A stretch of DNA of 49,051 nt, taken from NCBI GenBank assembly GCA_900321785.1, contig ONXK01000003.1:1-49051 (forward strand), given 5' to 3'. Positions within the stretch are counted from its first letter, which is position 1; each line of letters opens with the position of its first letter. This document shows positions 8,770-18,605 of this stretch, in pieces. This DNA is from an uncultured Lachnospiraceae bacterium. GTDB taxonomy: Bacteria > Bacillota > Clostridia > Lachnospirales > Lachnospiraceae. The notes under the pieces are model-generated. The model did not search any database. It saw nothing but the letters and a program-made list of their open reading frames with translations, and had not been told where the DNA came from. The translations under genes were made by a program, and so were the position numbers.

Positions 8770-8881
8770 TGTAAATATCTCCTTTCAAGCTCTGGCCGTC
8801 CGTTTTGTCCGGATCTGTTTCGGCCATCTATTTTCGATTGCCGCCGGTTTATTTTTCTTTCCGGCTGGCGGTCAAAGTCGA

Positions 8882-9310
8882 TCAGAACTTCAGCTCTTCG
8901 GGCTTCTGTGCTGCGTGCTTGTGCTCGGGACCTTCATAGACATGGAGCTTTCTGTACATGTCGTCGCCGAGTCTTCCCTTGGGAAGCATGCCGCGGACTG
9001 CGTGCTCAACAACCTTGATGGGCTTTGTGCGGAGCATCTCACGAAGGGTGGTGTACTTCGCGCTGCCGACATACTCGGAGTGACGGAAATAGATCTTCTG
9101 ATCCAGCTTCTTGCCGGTAACCTTGATCTTCTCTGCATTTACAATGATGACATAGTCGCCTGTATCCATAAAAGGAGTGTAGTAAGGCTTATTCTTGCCG
9201 CGAAGAACTGTAGCAACTGCGCTTGCAAGGCGTCCGAGGGTCATGTCGGTCGCATCCACTACATACCATTTCTTCTCAATATCTGCTGCGCCTGGCACAT
9301 AGGTTTTCAT
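8882..9310 (-). CDS. rplM: 50S ribosomal protein L13
   Basis: WYVVDA..MTLGRLAS, GKNKP.YTP..DTGD and AVRGMLPK. Confidence 0.99.
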   Translation of the reverse strand: MKTYVPGAADIEKKWYVVDATDMTLGRLASAVATVLRGKNKPYYTPFMDTGDYVIIVNAEKIKVTGKKLDQKIYFRHSEYVGSAKYTTLREMLRTKPIKVVEHAVRGMLPKGRLGDDMYRKLHVYEGPEHKHAAQKPEELKF

Positions 9311-9459
9311 GTATTTTCCTCCATCGGTGCATCTGTGATCACTTCCCGGGTACAGCGCCGGTCTTCCCGGCTCCTGCTCCGGAGCGGATCATATTCTTCA
9401 AATTCTATCTCTACTGGTTTCTTTCTTTATGTGCGTGTCGCAGTGGCAGGTAAATTTTT

Positions 9460-9515
9460 TCCAAAAACCGGGGAGTCAGGGCATGCAAAATACATGCGTT
9501 TACCGCCGTCGCACC
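9460..9515 (-). promoter_or_regulatory. Putative L13-type ribosomal protein leader
   Basis: Hairpin gcatg-tatttt-gcatgc followed by ...tgactccccgg directly after the rplM promoter; position and CCCCGG resemble Firmicute L13 leaders (not model-verified). Confidence 0.5.
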
Positions 9516-9520
9516 TGTCC

Positions 9521-9549
9521 ATTATATTCGAACGAAAAATGAGTGTCAA
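9521..9549 (-). promoter_or_regulatory. Sigma-A promoter of rplM-rpsI
   Basis: Perfect TTGACA-17 nt-TATAAT. Confidence 0.9.
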
Positions 9550-9648
9550 CGTCTGACTGTATTTTTTTAAATACAGATTGCCCCATTGTGTATATATCCC
9601 TTTCATCCGTCAAATACCATCTCTTCCCTTGCATCTATGTCTCTTTTA

Positions 9649-10461
9649 TCACTCAAATACCATCTCCATACCGGGTTCCGCGATCTCATACCGCACCAGG
9701 GTAAGACCGCAGGCAGGCGCTGTAGGGCCGGCTGCACGCCGGTCAAGCGCATCCAGAATAGACGGCATTTCTTCGGGGGCTTTAGCCCCTCGCCCGATCT
9801 CCATCAGGGTTCCCGCAATGATACGCACCATGTTATAAAGAAAACCTCTGCCGCTGACTCGGATCACGATCTCCCGCGGCATGCGGCAAACCTGGGAAAG
9901 GGATGCCCGGGTGCCGCAGGGAATCTCCTCTACTTCAACATTCAGGATCTCCCGCACAGTTGTCTTCGCGCTCGTATACATACTGCAGAAGCTCTTGAAA
10001 TCATGCTCTCCCACAAGATACCGTCCCGCCTCGCGCATGGCTTCCACGTCAAACCTGTATCTGGAATAATACGTATACAGACGGCGCATGGGATCCGGCA
10101 TGGGAGCATTAAAAATACGGTATTCATAGGTCTTGACCGTACTGCAGTGCCTGGGATGAAAATCAGCCGGCACTTCAAGTGATGTCCGGACACAGATCCT
10201 GTCCGGCAGACGTACATTCAGCGCGTAGGAAAACTTATCGGGCGGTATACGGCTTTCTGTGTCAAAAACAGCAAGATTGCAGCAGGCATGCACGCCTGCA
10301 TCCGTGCGGCTTGCGCCGATCACTTCCACAGGTACCCCCGTCAGCTCTGTCAGAGCGCGGTTCAGTTCTCCTTCAATCGTAGGCACTCCGCTTTTCTGTG
10401 CCTGGTAGCCGGCATACCCCGTCCCGTCATAGGCGACGGAAAGCAGGATTCTTTTTTTCAC
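9649..10461 (-). CDS. truA: tRNA pseudouridine(38-40) synthase
   Basis: AYDGT.Y.GYQ.Q, ASRTDAGVHA, G.HDFKSF, GFLYNMVRII.G and TAPA.GL motifs; GTG start. Confidence 0.96.
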   Translation of the reverse strand: MKKRILLSVAYDGTGYAGYQAQKSGVPTIEGELNRALTELTGVPVEVIGASRTDAGVHACCNLAVFDTESRIPPDKFSYALNVRLPDRICVRTSLEVPADFHPRHCSTVKTYEYRIFNAPMPDPMRRLYTYYSRYRFDVEAMREAGRYLVGEHDFKSFCSMYTSAKTTVREILNVEVEEIPCGTRASLSQVCRMPREIVIRVSGRGFLYNMVRIIAGTLMEIGRGAKAPEEMPSILDALDRRAAGPTAPACGLTLVRYEIAEPGMEMVFE

Positions 10462-10571
10462 GATCGTGCTGCTCCTTCTATTACTATACCCGTACTATAC
10501 TCGTATTCGTCCCTGCAGAATCTGCCTGTCCTCAGAAACAAAAGGACAGGATAACGACTGCTGACCCAGAC

Positions 10572-11387
10572 TCAGATTGAAATCGGCAGGCGGATGAGTC
10601 TGAGCAGTACACAGACTGCAAAATACGCCAAAAGGACAAAATAGGCGCCCTGATCTCTGCCCTTGTAGACCAGGGGCTTCATCTTGGTGCGTCCAGCGCC
10701 GCCCCTGTAGCAGCGTGCTTCCATTGCCATTGCCAGGTCATTGGCCCGGCGGAAGGCGGAAATAAAGAGCGGCACAAGAAGCGGTACGAGACTCTTGATC
10801 TTTTTGATCAGGTTTTTACTCTCGAAATCAGCTCCCCGGGCGATCTGCGCCTTCATGATCTTATCTGTCTCCTCCATCAGGATCGGAATAAAACGGAGGG
10901 CGATCGACATCATCATGGCAATCTCGTGGACCGGAACCCGAACCCTCTTCAGCGGATTGAGAAGGTTCTCGATGGCATCCGTCAGCTGGTTGGGCGTGGT
11001 GGTAAGAGTCATCAGCGAGGATCCGATGACCAGCAGGGAAAGCCGGATGGCCATTTTCACAGCAAAGGCAAGTCCCTGTTTTGTAATCTTCAGAAAGGCG
11101 ATCCGGAAGAGCTCTTCGCCGGGTGTCAGAAACAGGTTAAAAGCCATTGTGATCAGCAACAGGATCAGGATCGCTTTCATACCACGCACAATATATCCGA
11201 CAGGAACATTCGAAAGTTTGATCATGGCGATCAGAAAGACAGCACAGACAGCGTAGCCGATAAAAGAATTCACCACAAAAAGGGAGATAATGTATACCAG
11301 TGTCCCAACGATCTTGACCCGGGGGTCAAGCCGGTGAAGCAGTGAGTCTGTCTGATAGTATTGTCCGAGTGTAATATCCTTGAACAT
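10572..11387 (-). CDS. ecfT: ECF transporter transmembrane T component
   Basis: LHRLDPRVK, MSIALRFIP.L.EE..KI.KAQ.ARG and AMEARCY motifs. Confidence 0.95.
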   Translation of the reverse strand: MFKDITLGQYYQTDSLLHRLDPRVKIVGTLVYIISLFVVNSFIGYAVCAVFLIAMIKLSNVPVGYIVRGMKAILILLLITMAFNLFLTPGEELFRIAFLKITKQGLAFAVKMAIRLSLLVIGSSLMTLTTTPNQLTDAIENLLNPLKRVRVPVHEIAMMMSIALRFIPILMEETDKIMKAQIARGADFESKNLIKKIKSLVPLLVPLFISAFRRANDLAMAMEARCYRGGAGRTKMKPLVYKGRDQGAYFVLLAYFAVCVLLRLIRLPISI

Positions 11388-11411
11388 AATAATGCTCCCC
11401 GAAACAGCTCT

Positions 11412-12278
11412 TTAGCGGCTGCTTTTACTGATTCTGCGCATGATTTCCTCAGCGGCTTCCTCCACCGTCAGGGCATCTGTCTCAACATCGAACCCGCTTT
11501 CGCGCAGGGTATTCATAATATATGTGATCTGCGGTGCGGACAGGCCCAGTTCCTCGAGCTCTGTGTAATGACGGAACACATTCTTGGGGCTGTCATCGAA
11601 CACCTTCTCCCCGTGTCCCATCACAACGATCCTCTCAACGTAGCGGGCGACATCGTCCATGCTGTGTGATACCAGTATGATCGTCATAGACAGCTTTTTT
11701 TTCATCTCGGAGATCAGACCGAGGATCTCATCTCTGCCTCTGGGATCAAGGCCGGCGGTGGGCTCATCAAGAATCAGGACTTTCGGATTCATGGCAAGCA
11801 CGCCTGCGATCGCCGCGCGTCTCTTCTGGCCGCCGGACAGATCAAACGGAGATGTTTTGAAATATTTTTCCGAAATCCCCACATTTTCCAGCGCCTGCAC
11901 AGCCCTCTTTTTGCAAACAGCTTCGTCGAGTCCCAGATTGCGGGGGCCGTACATGACATCAGACAGGACGTCGACTTCGAAAAGCTGATGTTCCGGATAC
12001 TGGAAGACCAGACCGACATTTGCGCGGAGAGCTTTCTTGTCAAAACCATCCGCATGTATATCCTTGCCGTTATATAGAACACTGCCGCTCGAAGGACGCA
12101 GAAGTCCGTTGAGAAGCTGTACAAGTGTGGATTTACCGGAACCGGTGTGTCCGATCAGTCCGATAAACTGATTGTCAGGTATTTCCAGACTTACATCTTT
12201 TAAAGCCGCAGTTTCCATCGCAGTTCCCTGCTCATAGACATAGCTCACTTTTTCCAGACTGAGTCCCATTTCGTTCAT
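11412..12278 (-). CDS. ecfA2: ECF transporter ATPase A2
   Basis: GHTGSGKST, FQYPEHQLF, LSGGQKRR and LDEPTAGLDP; ATGA overlap with the ecfA1 stop. Confidence 0.93.
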   Translation of the reverse strand: MNEMGLSLEKVSYVYEQGTAMETAALKDVSLEIPDNQFIGLIGHTGSGKSTLVQLLNGLLRPSSGSVLYNGKDIHADGFDKKALRANVGLVFQYPEHQLFEVDVLSDVMYGPRNLGLDEAVCKKRAVQALENVGISEKYFKTSPFDLSGGQKRRAAIAGVLAMNPKVLILDEPTAGLDPRGRDEILGLISEMKKKLSMTIILVSHSMDDVARYVERIVVMGHGEKVFDDSPKNVFRHYTELEELGLSAPQITYIMNTLRESGFDVETDALTVEEAAEEIMRRISKSSR

Positions 12279-13147
12279 TTCCTTTCCGCTGTGATCCGGC
12301 ATCCGCACTGCCTGCGCAGAGCTTGTGCGAGCTCTTCCCTGGTCAGGATCCCCTCCGGTATATCCAGCCCCTTCTCCCGGAGCAGGTGTCCCAGAAGGGT
12401 TACCTGCGGAACGTCGAGATGAATCGCCTGCATCTTCTCTACCTGTGAGAAAACCTCCCGCGGTGTTCCCTGCATGGCGATCTTTCCCTCATCCATGACA
12501 AAGACACGATCCGCGCGGATCGCTTCCTCCATGTAATGCGTGATCAGAATAATGGTGATTCCTTCTTCCCGGTTCAGTTTCATCGCAGCATTTATGACAT
12601 CGGCGCGTCCCGAGGGATCGAGCATGGCAGTCGGTTCGTCCATGATAATGCACTTGGGATGCATGGCGATGACGCCGGCGATGGAAACACGCTGTTTCTG
12701 GCCGCCGGACAGACGATTGGGCGATTTTTTACGGTATTCATACATTCCGACGGTCTTGAGACTCTCCTCGACCCGTTCCCAGATTTTCTCTGTCGGAACC
12801 CCCATGTTTTCAGGGCCGAACCCTACGTCTTCCTCGACAACCTGTCCGATGATCTGGTTGTCGGGATTCTGAAAGACCATGCCCGCCGTCTGTCGAATCT
12901 CCCACAGAAGCGACTGATCCTTCGTATCAAGCCCGTTCACCCAGACCGCTCCCTCCGTCGGAAAGAGCAGGGCGTTCAGATGTTTTGCAAGGGTAGATTT
13001 GCCGGACCCGTTGTGCCCGAGAATGGCAATAAACTGTCCCGGCTCGACATCAAGAGAAATGTCATTGATCGCACGGATCGTACCGGACGGATTTCCCTCT
13101 TCATCCCTCTGTATATAATCATGGATCAGTTTGCTGATTTTAATCAT
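12275..13147 (-). CDS. ecfA1: ECF transporter ATPase A1
   Basis: GHNGSGKST, FQNPDNQ, LSGGQKQR and DEPTAMLDP. Confidence 0.94.
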   Translation of the reverse strand: MIKISKLIHDYIQRDEEGNPSGTIRAINDISLDVEPGQFIAILGHNGSGKSTLAKHLNALLFPTEGAVWVNGLDTKDQSLLWEIRQTAGMVFQNPDNQIIGQVVEEDVGFGPENMGVPTEKIWERVEESLKTVGMYEYRKKSPNRLSGGQKQRVSIAGVIAMHPKCIIMDEPTAMLDPSGRADVINAAMKLNREEGITIILITHYMEEAIRADRVFVMDEGKIAMQGTPREVFSQVEKMQAIHLDVPQVTLLGHLLREKGLDIPEGILTREELAQALRRQCGCRITAERK

Positions 13148-13319
13148 GTCTACTCTATCTCTTTGGACTTACTCCCCGGATCCGCTTCGGCTGCATCTGG
13201 ATTTTTTGCGGCAAAGAAAGCGAAAAACAGATGGCGCGAAATGTATGCGCCCTTCAAGGGGGCATGTACAATAACGACGCGCATTTTCCGGACGTCTGCT
13301 GTATGACTTCGATATTTCT

Positions 13320-13356
13320 AAAAAAGTCTCCGGGACAGGATCCCCCCGGAGACTTC
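13320..13356 (-). terminator. Intrinsic terminator of the alpha operon
   Basis: aagtctccggg...cccggagactt stem with a T6 tract, downstream of rplQ. Confidence 0.85.
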
Positions 13357-13396
13357 TAAAATTCATATCATGCTGCAAAAGAATCAGCCTGAGTGA

Positions 13397-13933
13397 TCAG
13401 ACAAACTCAAGGACAACTTCCATTGCACCATCGCCGCGGCGCTGGCCGATTTTGATGATTCTGGTGTAACCACCGTTCCTGCCGGCATATTTGGGGCCGT
13501 ACTCAGTGAACATCTTGTCAACGAGGTCGACCTTCTTGGTGGCTTTCTTGCGGCCCTTTGCTTCCTGAGGAACCTCGACTACGGGATACAGGTAGCGAAG
13601 GATCTGTCTTCTGGCATGCAGACGGCTGGGAGCATCCTTGGTGATCTGCTTCTCAACTTCGTCATAAACGGTAACCTTCTTGCCATCGACGACTTCCTTG
13701 ACGCGCTTGCCGTCTTTGTCTTTACGGGCAACCTTAGCCATGACAGTAACAGTCTCATAATTGTCACGCTCTTTGACAGCCATTGTGATCATGGGCTCAA
13801 CGATCTTGCGGATTTCCTTGGCACGAGCCTCGGTGGTGGTGATCTTTCCGTGATAGATCAGAGCTGTGACCTGGTTGCGGAGCAGAGCCTTTCTGAGCTT
13901 GGTCTTTTTGCCTAACTTTCTGTACATTGCCAT
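13397..13933 (-). CDS. rplQ: 50S ribosomal protein L17 (expanded form, 178 aa)
   Basis: RKLG....RKALLRN, I.TTEARAKE and R.GGYTRIIK.G.RRGD; GGAGG RBS before the ATG at 13933. Confidence 0.97.
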   Translation of the reverse strand: MAMYRKLGKKTKLRKALLRNQVTALIYHGKITTTEARAKEIRKIVEPMITMAVKERDNYETVTVMAKVARKDKDGKRVKEVVDGKKVTVYDEVEKQITKDAPSRLHARRQILRYLYPVVEVPQEAKGRKKATKKVDLVDKMFTEYGPKYAGRNGGYTRIIKIGQRRGDGAMEVVLEFV

Positions 13934-14099
13934 CTTATTATTCCTCCATTTGTTATGATGATGCCGACGGCAGCGCACATCGGGCTTACCTGCTGCCGGT
14001 TCCGGCAAGGGACAGGTCTGCGAAGACCTGTTCTCTGCCGGCATCTCCTGCTGCGCACCTTATGGATTTACCGCAGCGGGACGGGTTTATTCTTAATGA

Positions 14100-15062
14100 T
14101 TACGCGGGATCTTCGCTCGAATTGAGCTTGAGTCCCAGTTCTTTGAGTTTCTCAAGAACTTCCTCAAGAGACTTGCGGCCAAGGTTCCTGACCTTCATCA
14201 TCTCTTCGGGAGTCTTGTTGCAGAGCTCTTCGACCGTGTTGATTCCTGCACGCTTGAGGCAGTTGTAGGAACGCACGGAGAGTTCGAGCTCGTCAATGCT
14301 CATTTCCAGAGCCTTCTCCTTGGGATTTTCCTTCTCTTCGGAGATGACCTTGGCGGTTCTGGCTTTCTCAGACAGGTTGATAAATATGCTGAGGTGCTCA
14401 CTCAGGACCTTTGCCGCAAGGCTTACGGCCTCGTCAGGTGCAATCGTTCCGTCGGTTGTGACATCCAGTGTAAGTTTATCAAAGTCTGTCTGCTGTCCGA
14501 CACGTGTATTCTCCACCATCACATTGACCCTGTCGACAGGCGTGTAAATGGAGTCGATCGGAATCACGCCGATTTTGGTATCAGGCGTTTTGTTGCGGTC
14601 GGAACTGACGTATCCTCTTCCCTTTGTGATCGTAAGTTCCATGAACAGGCGGGTATCCTTACCGCTCAGGGTCGCGATCACGAGATCAGGATTCATGATC
14701 TCGATATCCGAATCGATCTGGATATCGGAAGCACGCACAACACCCTCGCCCTCATAGTCAATAAAGGCAGTCTTGGGTTCGTTGGACTCGCTGTCATTCT
14801 TGATTGCGAGACTCTTGATATTCATGATGATCTCAGTGACGTCTTCCTTGACTCCCTGGATCGTGCTGAATTCGTGCTGTACGCCATCAATTTTAACCTG
14901 ACTCACCGCAGCGCCGGGAAGTGAAGAGAGCATGATCCGGCGGAGGGAATTTCCCAGCGTGATGCCATAACCCCTCTCCAGAGGCTCGACCACGAATCTG
15001 CCGTATTTTTTATCATCAGAGATCTGAACGACCTCGATGCTCGGTCTCTCAAAATCAAACAC
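14100..15062 (-). CDS. rpoA: RNA polymerase alpha subunit
   Basis: [37 protein letters not shown] and NLGRKS; GTG start. Confidence 0.99.
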   Translation of the reverse strand: MFDFERPSIEVVQISDDKKYGRFVVEPLERGYGITLGNSLRRIMLSSLPGAAVSQVKIDGVQHEFSTIQGVKEDVTEIIMNIKSLAIKNDSESNEPKTAFIDYEGEGVVRASDIQIDSDIEIMNPDLVIATLSGKDTRLFMELTITKGRGYVSSDRNKTPDTKIGVIPIDSIYTPVDRVNVMVENTRVGQQTDFDKLTLDVTTDGTIAPDEAVSLAAKVLSEHLSIFINLSEKARTAKVISEEKENPKEKALEMSIDELELSVRSYNCLKRAGINTVEELCNKTPEEMMKVRNLGRKSLEEVLEKLKELGLKLNSSEDPA

Positions 15063-15099
15063 TCGTAAATCCTCCTTTGCGCTCTGCGCTCAGTCCTTA

Positions 15100-15693
15100 T
15101 TACTTGGAGTACAACTCGACGATGAGCATCTCGTTCACAGGAACGTCGATCTGCTCTCTCTTAGGCAGCTGGCTGACAGTACCCTTGAGGGCTTCCTTGT
15201 CAACATCAACCCAATCGGGGGTCAGTCTGCCGGCGGTAATCTCGGAGATGTCCTTGAAACGCTGGATGTTCTTGGATTTCTCTCTGACTTCGACAACATC
15301 TCCTGCCTTTACAAGGTAGGAAGGAACGTTGACCAGCTTGCCGTTAACAAAGATGTGCTTGTGGCCGACAACCTGACGTGCCTCACGACGGGTGCGGGCA
15401 AAGCCCATACGGAAAACGACATTATCCAGACGGCTCTCAAGCATGGTCATGAGGTTTTCACCGGTCATGCCTTTCATTCTGTCGGCCTTGTCGTAGTAGT
15501 TACGGAAAGGCTTCTCGAGGACGCCGTAGATGAATTTAGCTTTCTGCTTCTCGCGAAGCTGGGTGCCGTACTCACTGAGTTTGCGGCTTCTGCGGATCAG
15601 CTGTCTCTTGGACTTCTTGTCATATCCAAGGAAAACGGGATCGAGGTCGAGAGATCTGCATCTCTTCAGTACCGGAGTTCTGTTTACTGCCAT
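15100..15693 (-). CDS. rpsD: 30S ribosomal protein S4
   Basis: SEYG.QLREKQK, LESRLDNVVFRMG and LIVELYSK; start at MAVNR. Confidence 0.98.
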   Translation of the reverse strand: MAVNRTPVLKRCRSLDLDPVFLGYDKKSKRQLIRRSRKLSEYGTQLREKQKAKFIYGVLEKPFRNYYDKADRMKGMTGENLMTMLESRLDNVVFRMGFARTRREARQVVGHKHIFVNGKLVNVPSYLVKAGDVVEVREKSKNIQRFKDISEITAGRLTPDWVDVDKEALKGTVSQLPKREQIDVPVNEMLIVELYSK

Positions 15694-15856
15694 TGTAATT
15701 CTTCCTTTCTTATCTGCAGCCGAATACTGTGCATGCACCTGCCTGAATAAGCTGTGCGTGACGGACTGCATGTTGTTTACAGCACAGGGAAAAGAATATC
15801 TTTCTCTGTGTCTTCATCCAAACGTGTATTAAACCCTGTGTGATATATAAATATGA

Positions 15857-16255
15857 TCACACTCTCCTTCTCTTGGGAGGACGGCATCCGTTGTGGGGAA
15901 CCGGAGTAACATCAGTGATGCTGATGATCTCAAGGCCGTTGGAATTCAGCGCACGGATCGCAGCTTCTCTGCCTGATCCGGGTCCCTTAACGAAAACATC
16001 GACAGCCTTCAGCCCGTGAATGAGCGCTGCCTTTGTAGCCGTCTCAGCAGCCATCTGTGCTGCATAGGGAGTAGATTTCCTTGAACCTTTAAATCCAAGA
16101 CCGCCTGCACTTGCCCAGCTCAGAGCGTTGCCCTGTGTATCGGTCAGGGTAACGATGGTGTTATTAAAAGAGGACTGGATGTGCGCCTGTCCGCGTTCAA
16201 CGTTTTTCTTGACACGTCTAACCTGCTTCCTTCTGGAGGATTGCTGTTTTGCCAT
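15857..16255 (-). CDS. rpsK: 30S ribosomal protein S11
   Basis: [18 protein letters not shown] and [18 protein letters not shown]. Confidence 0.99.
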   Translation of the reverse strand: MAKQQSSRRKQVRRVKKNVERGQAHIQSSFNNTIVTLTDTQGNALSWASAGGLGFKGSRKSTPYAAQMAAETATKAALIHGLKAVDVFVKGPGSGREAAIRALNSNGLEIISITDVTPVPHNGCRPPKRRRV

Positions 16256-16333
16256 AAAACTAACCTACTTTCTTTCCCATAAATGGTATCTGTCCGGCCT
16301 TGATCATGACAGAAAAGCCGGAATCAATGTACA

Positions 16334-16702
16334 TTATTTCTTCTTGTTTGCGATGGTCTTCTTCGGGCCCTTCCTGGTCCTTGCATTGGTCTTGGTCTTC
16401 TGACCGCGGACAGGGAGACCTCTTCTGTGACGGATGCCTCTGTAGCAGCCGATCTCAGAGAGACGCTTGATGTTCATGGCGATTTCTCTGCGGAGATCAC
16501 CTTCGACCATGTAATCCTCAGTGATAACTTCGCTGAGTTTCTTGACTTCTTCATCAGTCAGATCCCTGCATCTGGTATCGGGATTGACGCCCGCCTTCTC
16601 GACGATCTTTGTTGCAGAGGTACGGCCGATGCCATAAATGCTGGTCAGGCCAATCTCAACACGCTTATCTCTGGGTAAATCTACACCTGCGATACGAGCC
16701 AT
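16334..16702 (-). CDS. rpsM: 30S ribosomal protein S13
   Basis: [10 protein letters not shown] and [25 protein letters not shown]. Confidence 0.99.
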   Translation of the reverse strand: MARIAGVDLPRDKRVEIGLTSIYGIGRTSATKIVEKAGVNPDTRCRDLTDEEVKKLSEVITEDYMVEGDLRREIAMNIKRLSEIGCYRGIRHRRGLPVRGQKTKTNARTRKGPKKTIANKKK

Positions 16703-16986
16703 TGTAAACTCTCCTTCTACTATTTAAATTACTGATTGACTGGGGCACATCTGCATGTTCCGTTTCATGAGTCTGTACCCAACCGGCCTCCGGCCGGTCT
16801 TTCCACTGCGATTTTCATCGGCATGGTATCAAAGAGTAATGGGCTGCCCCGGTCTGTAAAGACTGGGTTAACGGGGCACCATCTATTCTATGATCAGGCG
16901 CTGCAAAAACCCTGTGCAAAACCTGTTTCGGGTTAAAAACAGATCCGCCGCATCCGGTCTGCAGAGCCAAAGAGCACTTTACTCGC

Positions 16987-17100
16987 TCAACCCTGCCTCT
17001 GTTTGTGTTTCGGATTCTCGCAGATGATCCTGACGATACCTTTGCGCTTGATGACTTTGCACTTATCGCACATAGGCTTCACGGAAGCTCTAACTTTCAT
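16987..17100 (-). CDS. rpmJ: 50S ribosomal protein L36 (Zn-binding form); too short for the ORF track
   Basis: Manual translation [37 protein letters not shown]; AAGGAG upstream. Confidence 0.98.
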   Translation of the reverse strand: MKVRASVKPMCDKCKVIKRKGIVRIICENPKHKQRQG

Positions 17101-17335
17101 CTCCTACTCCTTTCGTGAGTGGTACTGCTTTCCTGCTTTTCAGAAAAAACACACATCCCTTTGACACGGGCCATACCGCATCTTCCGTCTGTGAAGCTTT
17201 TTCGGCTTTGCAGGAATCATACAGAACCTGTTGCCGAGTCTGTCCGAAATCACCCCGTCCTTTGAAATGCGTAGTTACGGTTTAAGACAGGACAATTGAG
17301 CAGGGGTTTCCCCCTACTCATTTACAGACCATAGT

Positions 17336-17364
17336 AGAATATCACACCGGAAAATCATTTGCAA
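17336..17364 (-). promoter_or_regulatory. Promoter of rpmJ-rpsM-rpsK-rpsD-rpoA-rplQ
   Basis: TTGCAA-17 nt-TATTCT with an extended -10 TG, located after the infA terminator. Confidence 0.7.
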
Positions 17365-17473
17365 GGATTATTTTGTGAATCCACAAGGTATTTTTATTCT
17401 TTTTTTTGCTCGATTTATGCCCGGTTTTCCGGTGGATATAAACGGGAACTTATACTCTGAATTTTTAAAAACG

Positions 17474-17524
17474 AAAAAGCGCCCGCATTCCTCTCCGATG
17501 CAGATCGGCAGAGGAATCGGACGC
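17474..17524 (-). terminator. Intrinsic terminator after infA
   Basis: gcgtccgattcctctgccgat...atcggagaggaatgcgggcgc followed by T5. Confidence 0.75.
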
Positions 17525-17570
17525 CGTGGATTCTTAACTGTATCGTAACGATTCCGTCACATGTTCGGGA

Positions 17571-17789
17571 TCACTTGTCTCTCCAGATGATTCGGCCCTT
17601 GGTCAGGTCATAAGTGGACATCTCCAGGGTGACCTTGTCTCCGGGAAGAATACGAATAAAGTTCTGACGAAGCTTACCGCTGATGTGGGCGAGAATGATC
17701 GCGCCATTCTCAAGCTTTACCTTGAACATAGTATTCGGGAGTTTTTCAGTTACGATTCCTTCAAGTTCGATAACGTCTGCTTTTGACAT
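17571..17789 (-). CDS. infA: Translation initiation factor IF-1
   Basis: LPNTMF.V.LENG...LAHISGK.R...IRILPGDKV; its SD lies within the last codons of adk. Confidence 0.99.
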   Translation of the reverse strand: MSKADVIELEGIVTEKLPNTMFKVKLENGAIILAHISGKLRQNFIRILPGDKVTLEMSTYDLTKGRIIWRDK

Positions 17790-17796
17790 ATACGAT

Positions 17797-18441
17797 TTAA
17801 CCCTCCAAGATTTCGCAGATTGCCTGGAACACTTCCTTCATATCCTTCGTTCCGTCAACAGTACGCAGGGCTCCTCTTTCTTTATAGAAGTCGATCAGAG
17901 GCTGCGTCTGCTCGTGGTAGACAGACAATCTGTTCTGGACTGTCTCGGGTTTATCATCATCACGCTGGATCAGCTCGCCGCCACAGTTGTCACAGATGCC
18001 TTCTTTTTTGGGAGGAATGAAGGTGATATGGTAGGATGCGCCGCATTTAGGACAGGAACGTCTTCCGCTCATGCGTGCAACGATATTTTCGTCCGGGACA
18101 TCCACGTCAATCGCATAATCGATCTTCTCACCGGTCTTTGCCAGTGTATCGGTCAGAACCTGCGCCTGCGGAATCGTCCTCGGGAATCCATCAAGGATAT
18201 AGCCCTTTGCACAGTCATCAGCTTTCACTCTGTCGAGCAGGATCTCTACTGTCAGTTCATCCGGCACCAGCTGACCTGCATCCATGAAAGCTTTTGCTTT
18301 TTTGCCAAGCTCCGTACCGTTCTTGATATTAGCACGGAAGATATCTCCCGTGGAAACATGCGGCAGACCGAACTTCTCAGCAATCATCTTTGCCTGTGTG
18401 CCTTTACCCGCACCGGGCGCTCCGAGCATAACGATCTTCAT
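17797..18441 (-). CDS. adk: Adenylate kinase with Zn-binding LID
   Basis: [22 protein letters not shown] and CPKC...CDNC. Confidence 0.98.
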   Translation of the reverse strand: MKIVMLGAPGAGKGTQAKMIAEKFGLPHVSTGDIFRANIKNGTELGKKAKAFMDAGQLVPDELTVEILLDRVKADDCAKGYILDGFPRTIPQAQVLTDTLAKTGEKIDYAIDVDVPDENIVARMSGRRSCPKCGASYHITFIPPKKEGICDNCGGELIQRDDDKPETVQNRLSVYHEQTQPLIDFYKERGALRTVDGTKDMKEVFQAICEILEG

Positions 18442-18605
18442 TGTATACCCTCCTTTTTCGAAAACTGGTGAACGATTTTCAAGAAGTTAATAACACAAGA
18501 ACCGAAGACGGCACAGGTGCACAATGCATCCGGTACGCAGTATACAGCCGGATCTTCAGGATCTGTCTGTATATTACGTCTTACTGCCGCCTTCGGAAGT
18601 ACTTT

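Noticed and set aside
17492-17506. tctccgatgcagatc as a third copy of the element's second block
   Set aside because: A short match inside the infA terminator, without the 33-nt conserved end; chance cannot be excluded.
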